Assembly (NCBI RefSeq): GCF_963921235.1
Contig: NC_086097.1
Location: 80,664,001 to 80,728,000, forward strand
Direction: 5' to 3'
Length of the DNA stretch: 64,000 bases
DNA from: Mobula hypostoma
Lineage: Eukaryota
Position numbers and translations under genes: made by a program. Under the pieces are notes generated by a model. The model saw nothing but the letters and a program-made list of their open reading frames with translations. It was not told the origin of the DNA and did no database searches. Shown in pieces: positions 23,533-37,399 of this stretch; within the stretch, counting starts at the first letter, position 1, and the number at the start of each line of letters is the position of its first letter.

Positions 23533-25986
23533 TAAATCATATTTTATCCCCCCTTTCAATTTTGTTTATTTCCTCACTTCTCATTGCTGTGTGACCAGAC
23601 GGTTAATAACCTACTCAGGCGAAGTCCAAGAAGACTTTTTTTCTCATGAAAATGGCTGTGGCACTGGGAGGAGGAAGATCAATTGTAAATCTCTATCAGG
23701 GGATGCACAAGTCACTCTGCCAATGATTCTGAAATAGAACTAGTGTGTAGAGCAATCTTAATGTTCCTATAAAGCAGTTTCCATTTTACAGTAAAAGCAA
23801 GGATACAGCATGTATCATTCGTCAGGATCAAACCAGAGCTGAAAGAGAATTAATATGAGACTTAAATGTAAGAGCGAATTTCATACTGTTTGATACCTCA
23901 TGAATCTTCAGTGTCAGAAATTGCACTCGGAAAAAAGTGTTGTTCCCCCAAGTAATTAACGTGCATTCCCTGAATTAAATTAAATGTAATTATACATGCA
24001 GATCATTCTTCAGGGTGGCGGAATTGCCATTTGTGCTTAGTAGCAAAACAAGGCATAAAACATTAATAAGCTATTGATCCAGTCCTGACATCAAGTGAAT
24101 TAATTGACATACAATTTTTTTACTTTTAGTTGTTCTCAGACCTTAGATGACAGATTTCCCCTCAAGGTTTGGAGGGGAGGAAGAACAATGTGTTAATTAG
24201 CTTTTGATTGCATTATGTACAGATCCTGAGGTGATGAAAGAAAAGGCTTTCAGCACCAGACCTCGTCAGACATGAGAGTCATAGAGAAATTAGGCACAGA
24301 AACATTCCCTTTCATCTTCCAAGTCCACACCAACCATCAATCACTAATCCTTAATAAATTCCCCACATTTATTCTCCACATTCTCATCAACAAAATATTG
24401 ACTTTGTTGTTAGACTATACTTTTGCCATAAAAATATAAAATTTCTTCTAATCTGCTTTATCACCTCAAAGAAACTATTTTCCAATTTATTTATTTGCTT
24501 CATCTTGTCCAAAAAGTGCAGCATAGACACTCCCCCAGTTGATTGTGAATAATTATACCTTGAATTATTACTTTATTTTGCATTAAATTATACGCTGTCA
24601 CATTAATCCTTTCTAAAATAACACAGCCTTGCTAAGGTGTGCTGACTAGTTGATGTATCACTTGATTTTACATTGTCACATGATTTTAAATTTAATATGT
24701 TATCGTAGAGTGCAACTTGAGATAGTTTCTGATCATCACGTTTAAATTACCTGCACCCATTCTGTGCAGTTAGAAACTGAACAAGACACATCTAGGGCAC
24801 TAAACCAACCTATAAAGGTGGCAGGGGTGGGGGGGAGTGTAGATGAGAGTGTGGAGAGAATAAAAAAAGGGGTTATTGTGGAATTTGTGTGAATGGTTGT
24901 TGATGGCCAGCTCAGACTTAGTGCTTCTATGTTTCCTCTCTCGTTTTGACTCTATCCTTTATTTCTTAAATGAGAACAGTCTGAAAACTAAAAGTACTTC
25001 AGTTAGCTGGGAACATGACAGCCACTCAAGAATAAAACCAAATCTGCAAAGGAGTTGGAAGAAAAGCCCCTGAGAAGGTAGAGTGATTTTGTTTTTCATA
25101 AAGACAGCTGGACACAAACACTGGGACTAAGTTTCGCAGGAGGTTCAATCAGAACAATATTTATTTCATCCCCCACTGCTTCACTCGACTGAATAAATAC
25201 CTTTATGGAACTAATCAATTCTGAGCCAAGATCACATAATCTACCTGTATAATGAATGTTAAGATGAAAGAATGTACAAAAGTGGAGGTTAAACAAAATG
25301 GAAATTGTAATAAGAGAACTAATATGTGCACTTACTGAGCAGATGGGCACATTGATGAAATATATGCTGATATTCCCTATTTGTAAAGCTGTGAGAATAA
25401 ATATGATGATTATACATATGAAGCTGGGGAAATTTTTAATTTTTTTTAAGGTTGAGGATTTCAACCAATTTGAAAGAAGCTGGAAACCATTAAAAGTCAG
25501 CGAAGTTATTGAGGTTTAAAATCCCACCCTTGTTCCTACACTGAAGTACAGCATTCCCTGTCCTCAATCTCCACACTGATTCTGAAGATGAGAATGGGGG
25601 ACTGTGTATAATATGGATCTATCCCCTCAACGGCTGAATTGGCATATGTCCTTTGACCGGATTATGGTGACAATAGAACTGCAACATTGTGTTTCCTCCA
25701 CTGCACCTGAAGGTTCCCCACTCACAGGAAAGTCTGTTATTGAGTGATTGAACTCTGGAATTTAGGTCTATAAAAGCAAGGAGGTTAGATTAAATTCTAT
25801 TAGTTCACTAAATCAAAGCATTATGGTCAATTCTATGAAAGAAACCTGAGGAGTAAAGAACATTCAACAGTAAAGCAGAGCAACAGGACTTTCAGTACAC
25901 AATGTTGTGCCAAACTAATTAAATTAGTAATCAAATGCTTGCTGAAATATTCTCCTCTGCCTACACAGTTTCCACTTCCTTCCATT

Positions 25987-26082
25987 TCACACAAAATGCT
26001 GGGGGAACTCAGAGGGCGAGACACCTTCTATGGAAAAGAGTAAACAGTCGATGCTTTGGACCGAGACTCTTCACCAGTCCTC
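25987..26082 (-). mobile_element. Penelope pLTR remnant
   Basis: cacacaaaatgctgg...tatggaaaagagtaaacagtcga...gagactcttca. Confidence 0.75.
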
Positions 26083-27652
26083 TGACTGAGAGGAAGAGGG
26101 ATGAGAATAGAAATGTGGAAAATAGAGGAGCTATTTTGAAGGGTCATATTAACTGTGGTAGAAAGGAAACCATGTTCAGATAAAAATGCATCTGAGACAG
26201 TAGTGGGGAAAGTCTTGTTTTCTGAACAGGTTCATCAAGACCTGGTGGATGGTGTAGTGATTGGCCAGAATGGAGTCAGTTACATGGTGTACGTTATGAG
26301 GGGATTATACGAAGTATAATGGGAAGGAACTGGCTCCCCTGTCAGGAACGCCAGGCAAAAAATATATTCTACGGTGGGCTACTAAGGCAAAATTTGGAAG
26401 GATGAATACAGAGTATTCAATTGGAAATATAGATTATGAAGAAAGTATAAGTAGGGGAAACAGTAACTCTGTTTCTCTTTCCACAGATGCTGTCTGACCT
26501 GCTGAGTGTTCCCTGTAAAGTTTTGTTTTAATTTCAGAATCAGAATCAGATTTAAGATCATTGGCATACATTGTGAAGTTTGTTCGTTTGTGGCTGCAGT
26601 ACATTTCAATGCATAATAGTAAAAAACTATAAACTATAATAAGAAATAGATATTAAATTAAATGAGTAGTACAACAAGAGAGCAAAACAAAGAACAAAAA
26701 TGCAGTGATGTAGTGTTCAGGAGTTCATTGTCCATTCAGAAATCTGATGGCAAAGGGGAAGAATTTGTTCCTGAAACATTGAATGTGTGTCTTCAGGCTT
26801 TTGTACCTCCTTGATGAGAAGAGGGCATTTCCAGCATCAACTATTTTTTATTAGTTTTCAAGCGATGGCCCATCTTTGAGTTGAATTGATTCTGTATAGC
26901 TAGGTACCTAAAACTAGAGGTAAAGTGGGGTAAGGGGATCAAGGTGACTGGAATCTGGAATGAACTGGCTAGTGGAGACATGTAGTCTTAACACTTAATA
27001 AGTATCAGATGAGCACTGAAATTGCCATCACATCAAAGGCACTGGACGGTGTTGGTAAATAAGATCAGTATAAATCGGTATTTGGTGCTCAGCATGGATC
27101 TAGAGGGCCAAAAGGCCTGTTTCTGTGTTTTATGACTCTATGAATCTATAAAGGGTGTTACCTGAAGTGATTGCCTTCACATGATGGATGTTATTATACC
27201 TGCCAAGGATCTGCTGTTTAATATCTCCCATTCACTCCTCTAATGGTGGCCTGAAGGCAACACTAGGAATTTAGCTGTGCCTCACATGATTATAGTTGAA
27301 AACAGGAACAGCGAGTTAACATGACAGAATAAGTGCAGGATTTTACACGATTATTGTCAGCTATTAGGCTTTGATCTAAAATTTACTCGACCACTGGAAA
27401 AAATATTGATCTTTTAATCTCAAGAACAGGATCATCTTGGCTTCAAAGCACAATCTGTGGTAGCCCTTCAAATCAAAAATTTATCATGTATTTATGGCTT
27501 TCAACCAATCCAGCTTTCAAGGAAATATATACTAATGCTGTGAGTTCAACCTCAGAGGCCATCATTTGAAAACAAAATGTATCAGCTTATCATTTGTCTT
27601 CATTTCTTTTCTCAGAACAGTTGGGAGGGGTTAGCAGTTCAGTATTACGGAG

Positions 27653-27970
27653 GTGTGGGCACGTGGCCAAGTGGTTAAGGCACTCAACTAGCGACCTGAA
27701 TGTCATGAGTTCGAGCCCCAGCCGAGGGAACGTGTTGTGTCCTTGAGCAAGGCACTTAACCACACATTGCTCTGCGACAACACTGGTGCCAAGCTGTATC
27801 GGCCCTAGTGCCCTTCCCTTGGACAACATCGGTGTCGTGGAAAGGGGAGACTTGCAGCAGGGGCAACTGCCGGTCTTCCATACAACCTTGCCCAGACCTG
27901 CACCCTGGAGAGTGAAGACTTTCCAGGCGCAGATCCAAGGTAACACAAGACTAATGGATGCCTTAATTTA
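27653..27970 (+). mobile_element. tRNA-derived SINE with CORE-like block
   Basis: A box TGGCCAAGTGG, B box GTTCGAGCC, CORE-like gtgtccttgagcaaggcacttaacc, AT-rich end. Confidence 0.85.
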
Positions 27971-28213
27971 ATAACTACAGAAGTACAATGAAACCCTTTG
28001 GAATCACCTAGCTTAAAGTATAGTAAACACAGATTGAAACAAAGCTGATGACTATGGACTGAGCTTCTGCTTCACAGGGTGAGGACGACTTGTTTCCACT
28101 CTGGGTCACTGAGTTCTAAGGTGGATAATGAAGCCAAGTTGAGAATTCCTCCACAAAGCACTAAGCATAGCAATAATCAAATTTTTGTCAGAGGAGGCAC
28201 ATTATTTCTGTAC

Positions 28214-28585
28214 AGAAAGGCAGTGTCCATTATTAAGGACCTCCAGCACCCAGGGCATGCCCTTTTCTCACTGTTACCATCAGGTAGAAGATACAGAAGC
28301 CTGAAGGCACACACTCAGTGATGCAGGAACAGCTTCTTCCCCTCTGCCATCCGATTCCTAAATGGACATTGAACCCATGAACACTACCTCACTTTTTAAA
28401 TATGTATTATTTCTGCTTTTTGAATGATTTTTAATCTATTCAATATTCATATACTGTAATTGATTTACTATTTATATACTTATTATTTTTTTCTTCTTCT
28501 ATATTATGTATTGCATTGAACTGCTGCTACAAAGTTAACAAATTTCACGACACGTTTGTGATAATAAACCTGATTCTGATTCTAT
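28214..28585 (+). mobile_element. Rex1/Babar 3' fragment
   Basis: [30 protein letters not shown]; tail aataaacctgattctgattct. Confidence 0.88.
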
Positions 28586-30399
28586 GTTTAACCAAAAGAG
28601 AAATGAAATATTGCTTTTGTGTTTAACTGACAGACATATTTTTCAATATTTTAATTAAGCAAGCTTACTATTGGAGTATGTTCTGGATATCCACCATGAC
28701 CTTAACATAGATTGGTTCTTTTAAGATAAGTTAAAACTTCTGCAGTGAAATCCGTTCCTCAAACCACCTCCAGCCAGATCACAGAACACTATACAAGGTT
28801 CATCCTGCGCATCTACATAACAGATCCTGTGATCGACGGGATATTCCCGGGACACATGTGGAGACCAACGTCAGCAACTGCTGAAAATCATCAGTTCCGT
28901 GTTAGACACTGTTTGGTCTGTCCAAAACTTGGTCTTCCAATGTAAGGAAATGTCTGCAGGTGTATGCTGCTGACGGGTACATTCCAGTTTGCAGGAGTGC
29001 ATGTCGAGGGATATACTAAAAGCTTGGTGCAGCCAGTACATAGGCTCTGCGGATAAGGATCGTAATCTCAGACCTTGTTGCTATTGGGCACTGATGAGTT
29101 GGAGCTTTGTGCAACAACTGTTAAACACTTCACAGTTGCATTGTAAGAGAATTGACAATACAATGAACACAGAGAAAGACAAGCAGCAATTGTATTCATT
29201 GTATATATTATGACAAAAGTATATCTTTGGGGGGAAAGAACTTACCAGTTATATCTAGGAATGGATATTCCATATCAGAGCTTCCTCACGTTCCTTCTGG
29301 ACTATCTCCGCTTTCACCTCATCTACTTTCTTCTCTTTCACATACTTCACTGAATTCCTCTTGAAAGAAACTAAAATATTTAAAGATGGAATAGGAGCAG
29401 GATTGGGTTATTCGGCTCTGCCCCAGCGTTCAATAAGGTTTACAACTGAAACTTTATAAGCAGAAAACTGCAAGAATAATCAAATAAAACTTTATCCATA
29501 CTTTGGTGAGGAAAAAATATAAAGGAGCTACAGAAAGATTTTCAGCAGTCTGATCAGAAAGAGGCTTATGCACAAGATTTTATCCAGCTGTTCATATCAA
29601 TGCCTACCCTTTTGAAGACTTATCTAGCATTACACATGTACAGCAGGGAGGCAAGCCATCCGGCTCAACCACCGTTTGCCAACGTACATACTCACCGTGC
29701 CAGAACTGGATATGTCCCTTACAGAATTTCGACATTGCAATTTACAGCAAAACAAGTGGCCTCATTTGACCAGCTTTACTGAGTTTGTGCAGATACCACC
29801 AAGGCCTCTCCAGCGATGGCAAAGTACTATTCTACGTTCAACTCACTTAAACTGTACAACTTTTAGGTCCCCAAATGAGCTGACATTCCTATGGTAGTCA
29901 ATGGTGGTCAAATGTATTTTCTCAATTTGTTTGACCTGATGGGCTCTTTTCTGTTGCAAGTCATCCCTGACTCAGTTCCACTGTTATCATGGTGATGTTT
30001 ATGCCTCCTGATCCTTCTCCTCACTGCCTAAGCTGTGTGACAAACTACACAGTCAGTCTCTGATTGACTGTCCAGGCTGTACTCTCCTATAGGATGTACC
30101 AACTGAACTCGGCTTCTACCATGTTATCTGGTAAACTAGGCCTTGGCCATCAGTTTCAATGTGAAAGTTCTGCCTTTAATAACTCAACAAACCTAGCTTT
30201 GTCAGTGGACTGTTTCCCTGTGCATTATAAATTGTTCTTCAAGAATAATCTCCAGTTGTTCTAGACTTTAAAATTTGCCCTGTTATATTTTTCCTCTAAA
30301 TATCCAGGAGGATAGTTCTATGTTTCCTCCACTTTATTTTACCTTTCAGCATGTCTTTCCATTCCCTTGTGCGTCTGACTAATCTCCTTGATTTGCCAC

Positions 30400-30850
30400 T
30401 GAACAATGAATTAGGAGCAAAAGTTCCACTTGGCCCCTGTAGACTGCTTCATCATTCAATAAGATCATGGGTGATCTAACTTTCACTTCCCTCCACTTCC
30501 ACTAACCCATAACCCCCTTAATTATCAAGACTTTATCTAATTCTGCCTATAAAACATTCAAAGCCTCTGATTCCTCTTCGGTCTCAGAAAGGGAGCTCCA
30601 AAGCCTCACATCTCTGGCGATAAGGATTCATATTGCTTCTGCCCCTTATCTTTTAGCAGAGTCGCTTAAGTTTAAAATTCTTTGAAAAGAAAAAAATACT
30701 TATTCCACATGCACCCTGTCAAAACCCTTCAGGAAATTAAATGCTGCAATAAAATCTCTTTCTCCTGCAAACTCCAGTAGATATAACCCTAGAATGTACA
30801 GTCTTATCTCAAAACAAGTTTTCCATTGCAGATTTCAGTATAGCATTTGC
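30400..30850 (-). mobile_element. Old CR1 3' fragment
   Basis: ttcaataagatcatgg.tgatc tail region and decayed ORF2 end. Confidence 0.55.
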
Positions 30851-31221
30851 TTCAATGATCTCCTATGGGAGTCATTTGAACATGAACCCTCCATTTACTC
30901 TAGCCATTTTCTTTCATCATTGCTGATGGCATTGTGTGGGGAGTTACATGTCTAAGGTTGCTCATGCTTTTATTTTTGTTTCCCAATCTGGTAGATCAAA
31001 CCTTTTTATTAACATTCATAGGAAATTGTCAGCACTACAGTTTTGCGTTATCTTAGACAGTTAAATCTTTGTGGAAAGTACTTCTTGAGGGCTCCAGACA
31101 GGGAAAAATCCAGTTGTACTTTCTTGAAACCATCATCATTAGTAACCCCTCATCTTTAACAAAGGGAATATCATCCAACACCTTTAAAATTTCTGATGAT
31201 TTCACACTTAAGATTTAAGAT

Positions 31222-31357
31222 GTCCTGATGAAGCATCTCGGCCTGAAATGTCGACTGTTTACTCTTTCCTTTGATGCTGCCTGGCTTGCTGAGATCCTCC
31301 AGCATTTTGTGTGTGTTGCTTGGATTTCCAGAATCTACAGATTTTCTCATGTTTGTT
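31222..31357 (+). mobile_element. Penelope pLTR with hammerhead motif at 31222-31255
   Basis: gtc CTGATGA agcatctcggcct GAAA tg TC gac: core nucleotides intact, stems II and III decayed. Confidence 0.85.
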
Positions 31358-33460
31358 GAAACATAGAAACATAGAAAACCTACAGCACAATACAGGCCCT
31401 TCAGCCCACAAAGCTCTGCTGAACATGTCCTTATCTTAGAACTACCTAGGGTTACTCACAGCCCTCTATTTTTCTAAGCTCAATGTACCTATCCAGGAGT
31501 CTCTTAAAATACCCTATCGCTCCCGCCTCCACCACTGCCACCGGCAGCCCATTCCATGCACTCACCACTCTCTGCGTAAAAACCGATAGGGTTTGCTATC
31601 TGCTCTGTACCTACTTCCAAGCACCTTAAAACTACGCCCTCTCGTGGAAGCCATTTCAGCCCTGGGAAAAAGCCTCTGACTATCTACACGATCAATGCCT
31701 CTAATCATCTTATACACATTTGTTAGGTCACCTCTCATCCTCCGTTGCTCCAAGGAGAAAAGGCCGAGTTCACTTGACCTATTCTCATAAGGCATGCTCA
31801 CCAATCCAGGCAACATCCTTGTAAATCTCCTCTGCACCCTTTCTATCGTTTTCAAGTCCTTCCTGTAGTGAGGCGACCAGAATTGAGCACAGTACTCCAA
31901 GTGGGGTCTGACCAGGGTCCTATATAGCTGCAACATTACCTCTCAGCTCTTAAACTCAATCCCATGGTTGATGAAGGCCAATACATTGTATGCTTTCTTA
32001 ACCACAGAGTCAACCTGCGTAGCAGCTTTGAGTGTCCAAGGTCCCTCTGATCCTCCACACTGCCAAGAGTCTTACCATTAATGCTGTATTCTGCCATCAT
32101 ATTTGAACTACCAAAATGAACCACCTCACACTTATCTGGGTTGAACTCCATCTGCCACTTCTCAGCCCAGTTTTGCATCCTATCGATGTCCCAATGTAGC
32201 CTCTGACAGCGTTGCACACTATCCACAACACCCCCAACCTTTGTGTCATCAGCAAATTTACTAACCCATCCCTCCATTTCCTCAACCAGGTCATTTATAA
32301 AAAGGGCAAGCCAGTTCTGGATCCACAAAGCAATGTCCCCTTGGATCCCTTGTCTCCTTACTTTCTCAATAAGCCTTGCATGGGGTACCTTATCAAATGC
32401 CTTGCTGAAAACCATATACACGACATCTATGGCTCTACCTTCATCAATGTGTTTTATCACATCCTCAAAAAATTCAATCAGGGCTGTAAGGCATGACCTG
32501 TCTTTGACAAAGCCATGCTAACTATTCCTAATCATATTATGCCTTTCCAAAGGTTCATAAATCCTGCCTCTCAGGATCTTCTCCATCAACCTACCAACCA
32601 CCGAAGTAAGACTCACTGGCCTATAATTTCCTTGGGCTATCTCTACTCCCTTTCTTGAATAAGGGAACAACATCTGCAACCCTCCAATCCTCCAGAACCT
32701 CTCCCATCCTCATTGATGATGCAAAGATCATTGCCAGAGACTTAGCAATCTCCTCCCTAGTTTCCCACAATAGCCTGGAGTACATCCCGTCCGGCCCCGG
32801 TAATTTATCAAACTTGATGCTTTCCAAAAGCTCCAGCACATCCTCTTCCTTAACATCTACATGCCCAAGCTTTTCAGTCCACTACATGTCATCCCTACAA
32901 TCACCAAGATCCTTTTCCGTAATTAATACTGATGCAAAGCATTCATTAAGTACCTCTGCTATCTCCTCTGGTTCTATACACACTTTTCCATTGTCACGCT
33001 TGATTGGTCCTATTCTCTCACATCTTATCTTCTTGCTCTTCACATATTTGTAGAATTCCTTGGGGTTTTCCTTAATCCTGTCCACCAAGGTCATCTCACG
33101 GCCCCTTCTAGTTCTCCTAATTTCAATCTTAAACTCCTTCCTGCTAGCCTTATAATCTTCTAGATCTTTATCATTACCTAGTATTTTGAACTTTTCTTAA
33201 GCTCTTCTTTTCTCCTTGACTAGATTTACAACAGCCTTTGTACACCAGGGTTCCTGTACCATACCATCCCTACCCTGTCTCATTGGAATGTACCCGTGCA
33301 GAACCCCACACAAATATCCCCACATTTCTTCCGTACATTACCCTGAGAACATCTGTTTCCAATTTATGCTTCCGAGTTCCTGCCTGATTGCCTCATATTT
33401 CCCCCTTACTCCAATGAAATGTTTCCCTAACTTGTCTGTTCCTATCCCTCTCCAATGCTA
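31358..33460 (-). mobile_element. CR1 LINE, truncated with internal deletions
   Basis: KENPKEFYKY, PGPDG, FSKAFDKVPH, KFADD, RPHLEYC; (TTTCTATG) tail; same subfamily as 5697-6568. Confidence 0.95.
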
Positions 33461-33945
33461 GGAGATAGAATTGGGTCCCCTTAAGATTTTTCTGATGATC
33501 AAGGTATAGGCCATCTTGCTTACCTTTGAACTTGCTGGTAGACATACAATATAATGAAAAGTTACTTTGTTAATCAATCTCTATCAATCAGCAAATGATC
33601 TCTATCGATTTGTCTGTAGCAGATCCAGACAGAGAGGAGACTTTTGGAAAGCAATCTTTCTCTTCCCAAACTTGCCGCATATTGTGCTTCCAATTGCTCA
33701 CATACTATAAGCTTAAAGATTATTTTCAGAAAGAAGTTTATCTGATTTACATCTGGCTCAATCAATACTCTGATCCCACCATCTCCCAAAGGAATCTATT
33801 TCATAGATTGATCTTTCACCCTCTGCCTCCAATTTCAATGTAACATATCTTTCAGAACAACGTGGAACTGCTGTCTCGTTTACATCAGGTTATCCCGTCA
33901 CAATATCCATCACATCAGGCAAGAAGGGAGTTTCCTAAAAGGATT

Positions 33946-34150
33946 CCAAACACAAGAAAATCTGAAGATGCTGGAGATCCGAAGCAACACACACAAAATG
34001 CTGAAGGAACTCAGCAGGCCAAGCAGCATCTATGGAAAATAGTAAACTGTCCTAAAGAAGGATCTCAGCCTAAATCATCAACTGTTTACTCTTTTCCATA
34101 GATGCTGCCTGGCCTGCTGAGTTCCACCAGCATTTTGTGTGTGTTGCCTT
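33946..34150. mobile_element. Fold-back Penelope pLTR mini-element, 11-bp TSD
   Basis: Inverted arms 33984-34047 and 34084-34147; TSD ctaaaaggatt at 33935-33945 and 34151-34161. Confidence 0.88.
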
Positions 34151-34224
34151 CTAAAAGGATTGTTTCGTTTTAAACACCCACCTCATAAATCCTTGTTAAT
34201 ACACTGTAACTGTATGTTTTAATA

Positions 34225-35665
34225 ATGTTGGATTTCAACCTCTCACTGCTACGGGCAGAAGTTCCTACTTGCTCCAAGAATGCAACAATTATACCATTGC
34301 CTAAGAAGAATAACGTGGGCTGCCTTAATGACGATCGGCCAGTAGCACTCACATTGACAGTGATGAAATGCTTTGAGAGGTTGGTCATGACTAGACTGAA
34401 CTTCTGCCTCAGCAAGGACCTGGACCAATTGCAATTTGCCTATCGCCACAATAGGTCACAGCAGACGCAATCTCAATGGCTCTCCACATGGCTTTAGACC
34501 ACTTGGACAACACAAAACACTTATGCCGGTCTGCTGCTCAGCATTTAGTTCTATCATTCCCACAATCCTGATTGAAAAGTTGCAGAACCTGGGCCTCTGT
34601 ACCTCCCTCTGCAACTGGATTCTCAACTTCCTAACTGGAAGACCACAGACTGTGCAGATTGGTGATAACATATCTTCCTCACTGATGATCAACACTGGTG
34701 CACCTCAGGGGTGTGTGCTTAGCCTACTGTTCTACTCTCTATATACGCATGTCTGTGTGGCCAAGCATAGCTCAAATACCATCTATAAATTTGCTGATGA
34801 TACAACCATTGTTGATAGAATCTCAGGTGATGACGAGAGGGCGTACAGGAGTGAGATATGCCAACTAGCGGAGTGGTGCCGCAGCAACAACCTGGCACTC
34901 AACGTCAGTAAGAAGAAAGAGCTGATTGTGGACTTCGGGAAGGACAAGACGAAGGAACACATACCAATCCTCAGAGGGGGATCAGAAGTAGAAAGAGTGA
35001 ACAATTTCAAGTTCCTGGGTGTCAAGATCTCTGAGGATTTAACCTGGTCCCAACATATCGATGTAGTTATAAAGAAGGCAAGACAGCGGCTATACTTTAT
35101 TAGGAGTTTGAAGAGATTTGGCATGTCAACAAATATACTCAAAAACTTCTATAGTTGTACCGTAGACCATTCCAACAGGCTGCTTCACTGGTATGGAGGG
35201 GCTACTGCACAGGACCAAAAGAAGCTGCAGAGGGTTGTAAATCTAGTCAGCTCCATCTTGGGCACTAGCCTACAAAGTACCCAGGGCATCTTTAGGGAGC
35301 AGTGTCTTAGAAAGGCAGCATCCATTATTAAGGACCTCCAGCACCCAGGGCATGTCTTTTTCTCACTGTTACCATCAGGTAGGAGGTACAGAAGCCTGAA
35401 GGTACACACTCAGTGATTCAGGAACAGCTTCTTCCCCTCTACCATCTAATTCCTAAATGGACATTGAAGCTTTGGACATTACCTCACTTTTTCTTAATAT
35501 ACAGTATTTCTGTTATTGCACGTTTTTTTAATCTATTCAATACGTAATTGATTTACTTGTTTATTTATTATTTTTTTCTCTGCTAGATTATGTATTGCAT
35601 TGAAGAGCTGCTGCTAGGTGAACAAATTTCACGTCACATGCCGATGATAATAAACCTGATTCTGA
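34225..35665 (+). mobile_element. Rex1/Babar LINE, 5'-truncated RT
   Basis: [43 protein letters not shown]; ctgattct tail. Confidence 0.93.
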
Positions 35666-37116
35666 GACTTGTGAAAAATCTCAGTGACTATCCATAGAGT
35701 ATTTGAAAGCAAGTTGGTGCACATTTACCTTTATGACTCCGTGAATGCCTTATTTCTGCAATGGATATGAAAAATGAAAACTATAAAAATTGCAAAGTGG
35801 AAAATAGTTCTAAAGATTATTAATATTTACAACAGATCTCTTCAAGTACATCAGTTGCAAAGTATATTCACTGAAGTATTTGCTTGGCGAACGTAGATAG
35901 AAAGAATAATCTTGCATGGTGTATAATGATTGATTGATTTGTTACACCCCATGTAGCACCTATCTATCCATGACCCTTCAATGATTTGTTTCTGCTGGTG
36001 TAAGACAGCCATAGTTTGCTACAAAACATTTCATCATTGCAATAGAAATGATAGAATTAAGTAAGAATATCTGATGATAAATGTTTTAAATCATAATTAA
36101 CAATCTGATTGCTGTTGTAATAAGTGCAGTGAATTTCTATTAATTATTTGAAGTTACATTTTAGATAATACATCTAATGAAGCTTTCAATATAAGGTAAA
36201 AGCGTAAAGCGAGGGTGGTTGGGAGATGCACAGCACAGCATATGGTGCAAGCAGGAACACAGAGATCAAAGAAGCTATAGCTGTTGAGGACTTGGTAAAT
36301 TGAAGCTGGCCTGCTGTGGGATGGGTTGCCAGTGGAACAAGTAGATATTTAAGTGAGGTACTGCAAGATATGAGGTTGGCAGGCATCTTCGAAATGAGAT
36401 GACATAGGTCTCAAGAGTTCAGTAATCGGTTCCTGAAATTGAAGAAATTGCTCACGTTGATGCAGCTTCTGGGTTAATGAGATAACTACCCTACTTTTTG
36501 AAGACAGCCTGTTTATAGCACCAATCATAAATTACTGCAAGGAAAAATGCCTGGGGGCACAGCAGCTTGATCTTAGTTAGGCTGCAAATAATAATGGTCG
36601 TTACTTGCAGTCTTTTCAAGGTCTCTTTCTGCATTTGTTGAATCCTGAGTGTAATCTAATCACCACTGATTTCCTTCCAAATCACCTAGTTATCTCTCAA
36701 ATGAAGAGATTAATTTTTTGGATCGATAAATGATCTCATAAGGCTCTGGTAATTCTATTCCTAGAATTGTTTAATTATATTAAGCAGTTACTTGGTCTGT
36801 CTCTCAAAAGTCATCAAAACCTCAACATCTTTTGAATATTTAAGGATAGAGATACTCACATTCAATGTTTGAAACCTAACTTCCAAGTCACCTACTCTTG
36901 AAGACAAAATAAAAATGGCAATATCTGTCCAAAGACATACTGGGCATTTTCAGCGAGTTGCCCACTCATCCGTTGCCTGAAAAACATGTTCAAACCAAGC
37001 TCATTATTGAAGAAAAAAGGGCATCTTATTAGCTCTTCCTGGATGGTGAACTCTACCTTATCACAATGCCACTCCTCCTCCAGTTTTTCCTCTAGAAGAA
37101 GGACAAACTCGCTCCA

Positions 37117-37360
37117 GGGTTGCATGGTACCACAGCGGTTAGTGTGATGTTATTACAGCTCGGAAGCTTGGACTTCAGTTCTGGCGCTGTCTATAAGGAA
37201 TCTGTCCCATGGAATGCATGGCTTCCGGCTTCCTACCAAAAACGTCCTGGGTCGGTTAATTGGTCATTGTAAATTGTCCTGTGACTAGGTTAGGGTTAAT
37301 TGGGTTTGTCGGAGGTTGCTGGCCAGTGTGGCTTGAAGCACCGTATTGTTGAAATAAAAT
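37117..37360 (+). mobile_element. V-SINE-like element, decayed
   Basis: tRNA-like head; ggttaattggtcattgtaaattgtcc V-domain-like block. Confidence 0.6.
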
Positions 37361-37399
37361 TTAGAAAATAAAGAAGGAAAGTATATCCAGCAGCTTGTT

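Noticed and set aside
26215..26400. Possible plus-strand exon after ttgttttctgaacag
   Set aside because: No recognisable protein in any frame and no clear donor
27653..27730. tRNA gene
   Set aside because: A and B boxes are present, but the sequence continues into a SINE body and lacks a proper acceptor stem and terminator
29686..29900. Minus-strand exon ending at a strong donor (G|GTGAGTA at ~29695)
   Set aside because: No convincing acceptor or polypyrimidine tract and no recognisable peptide
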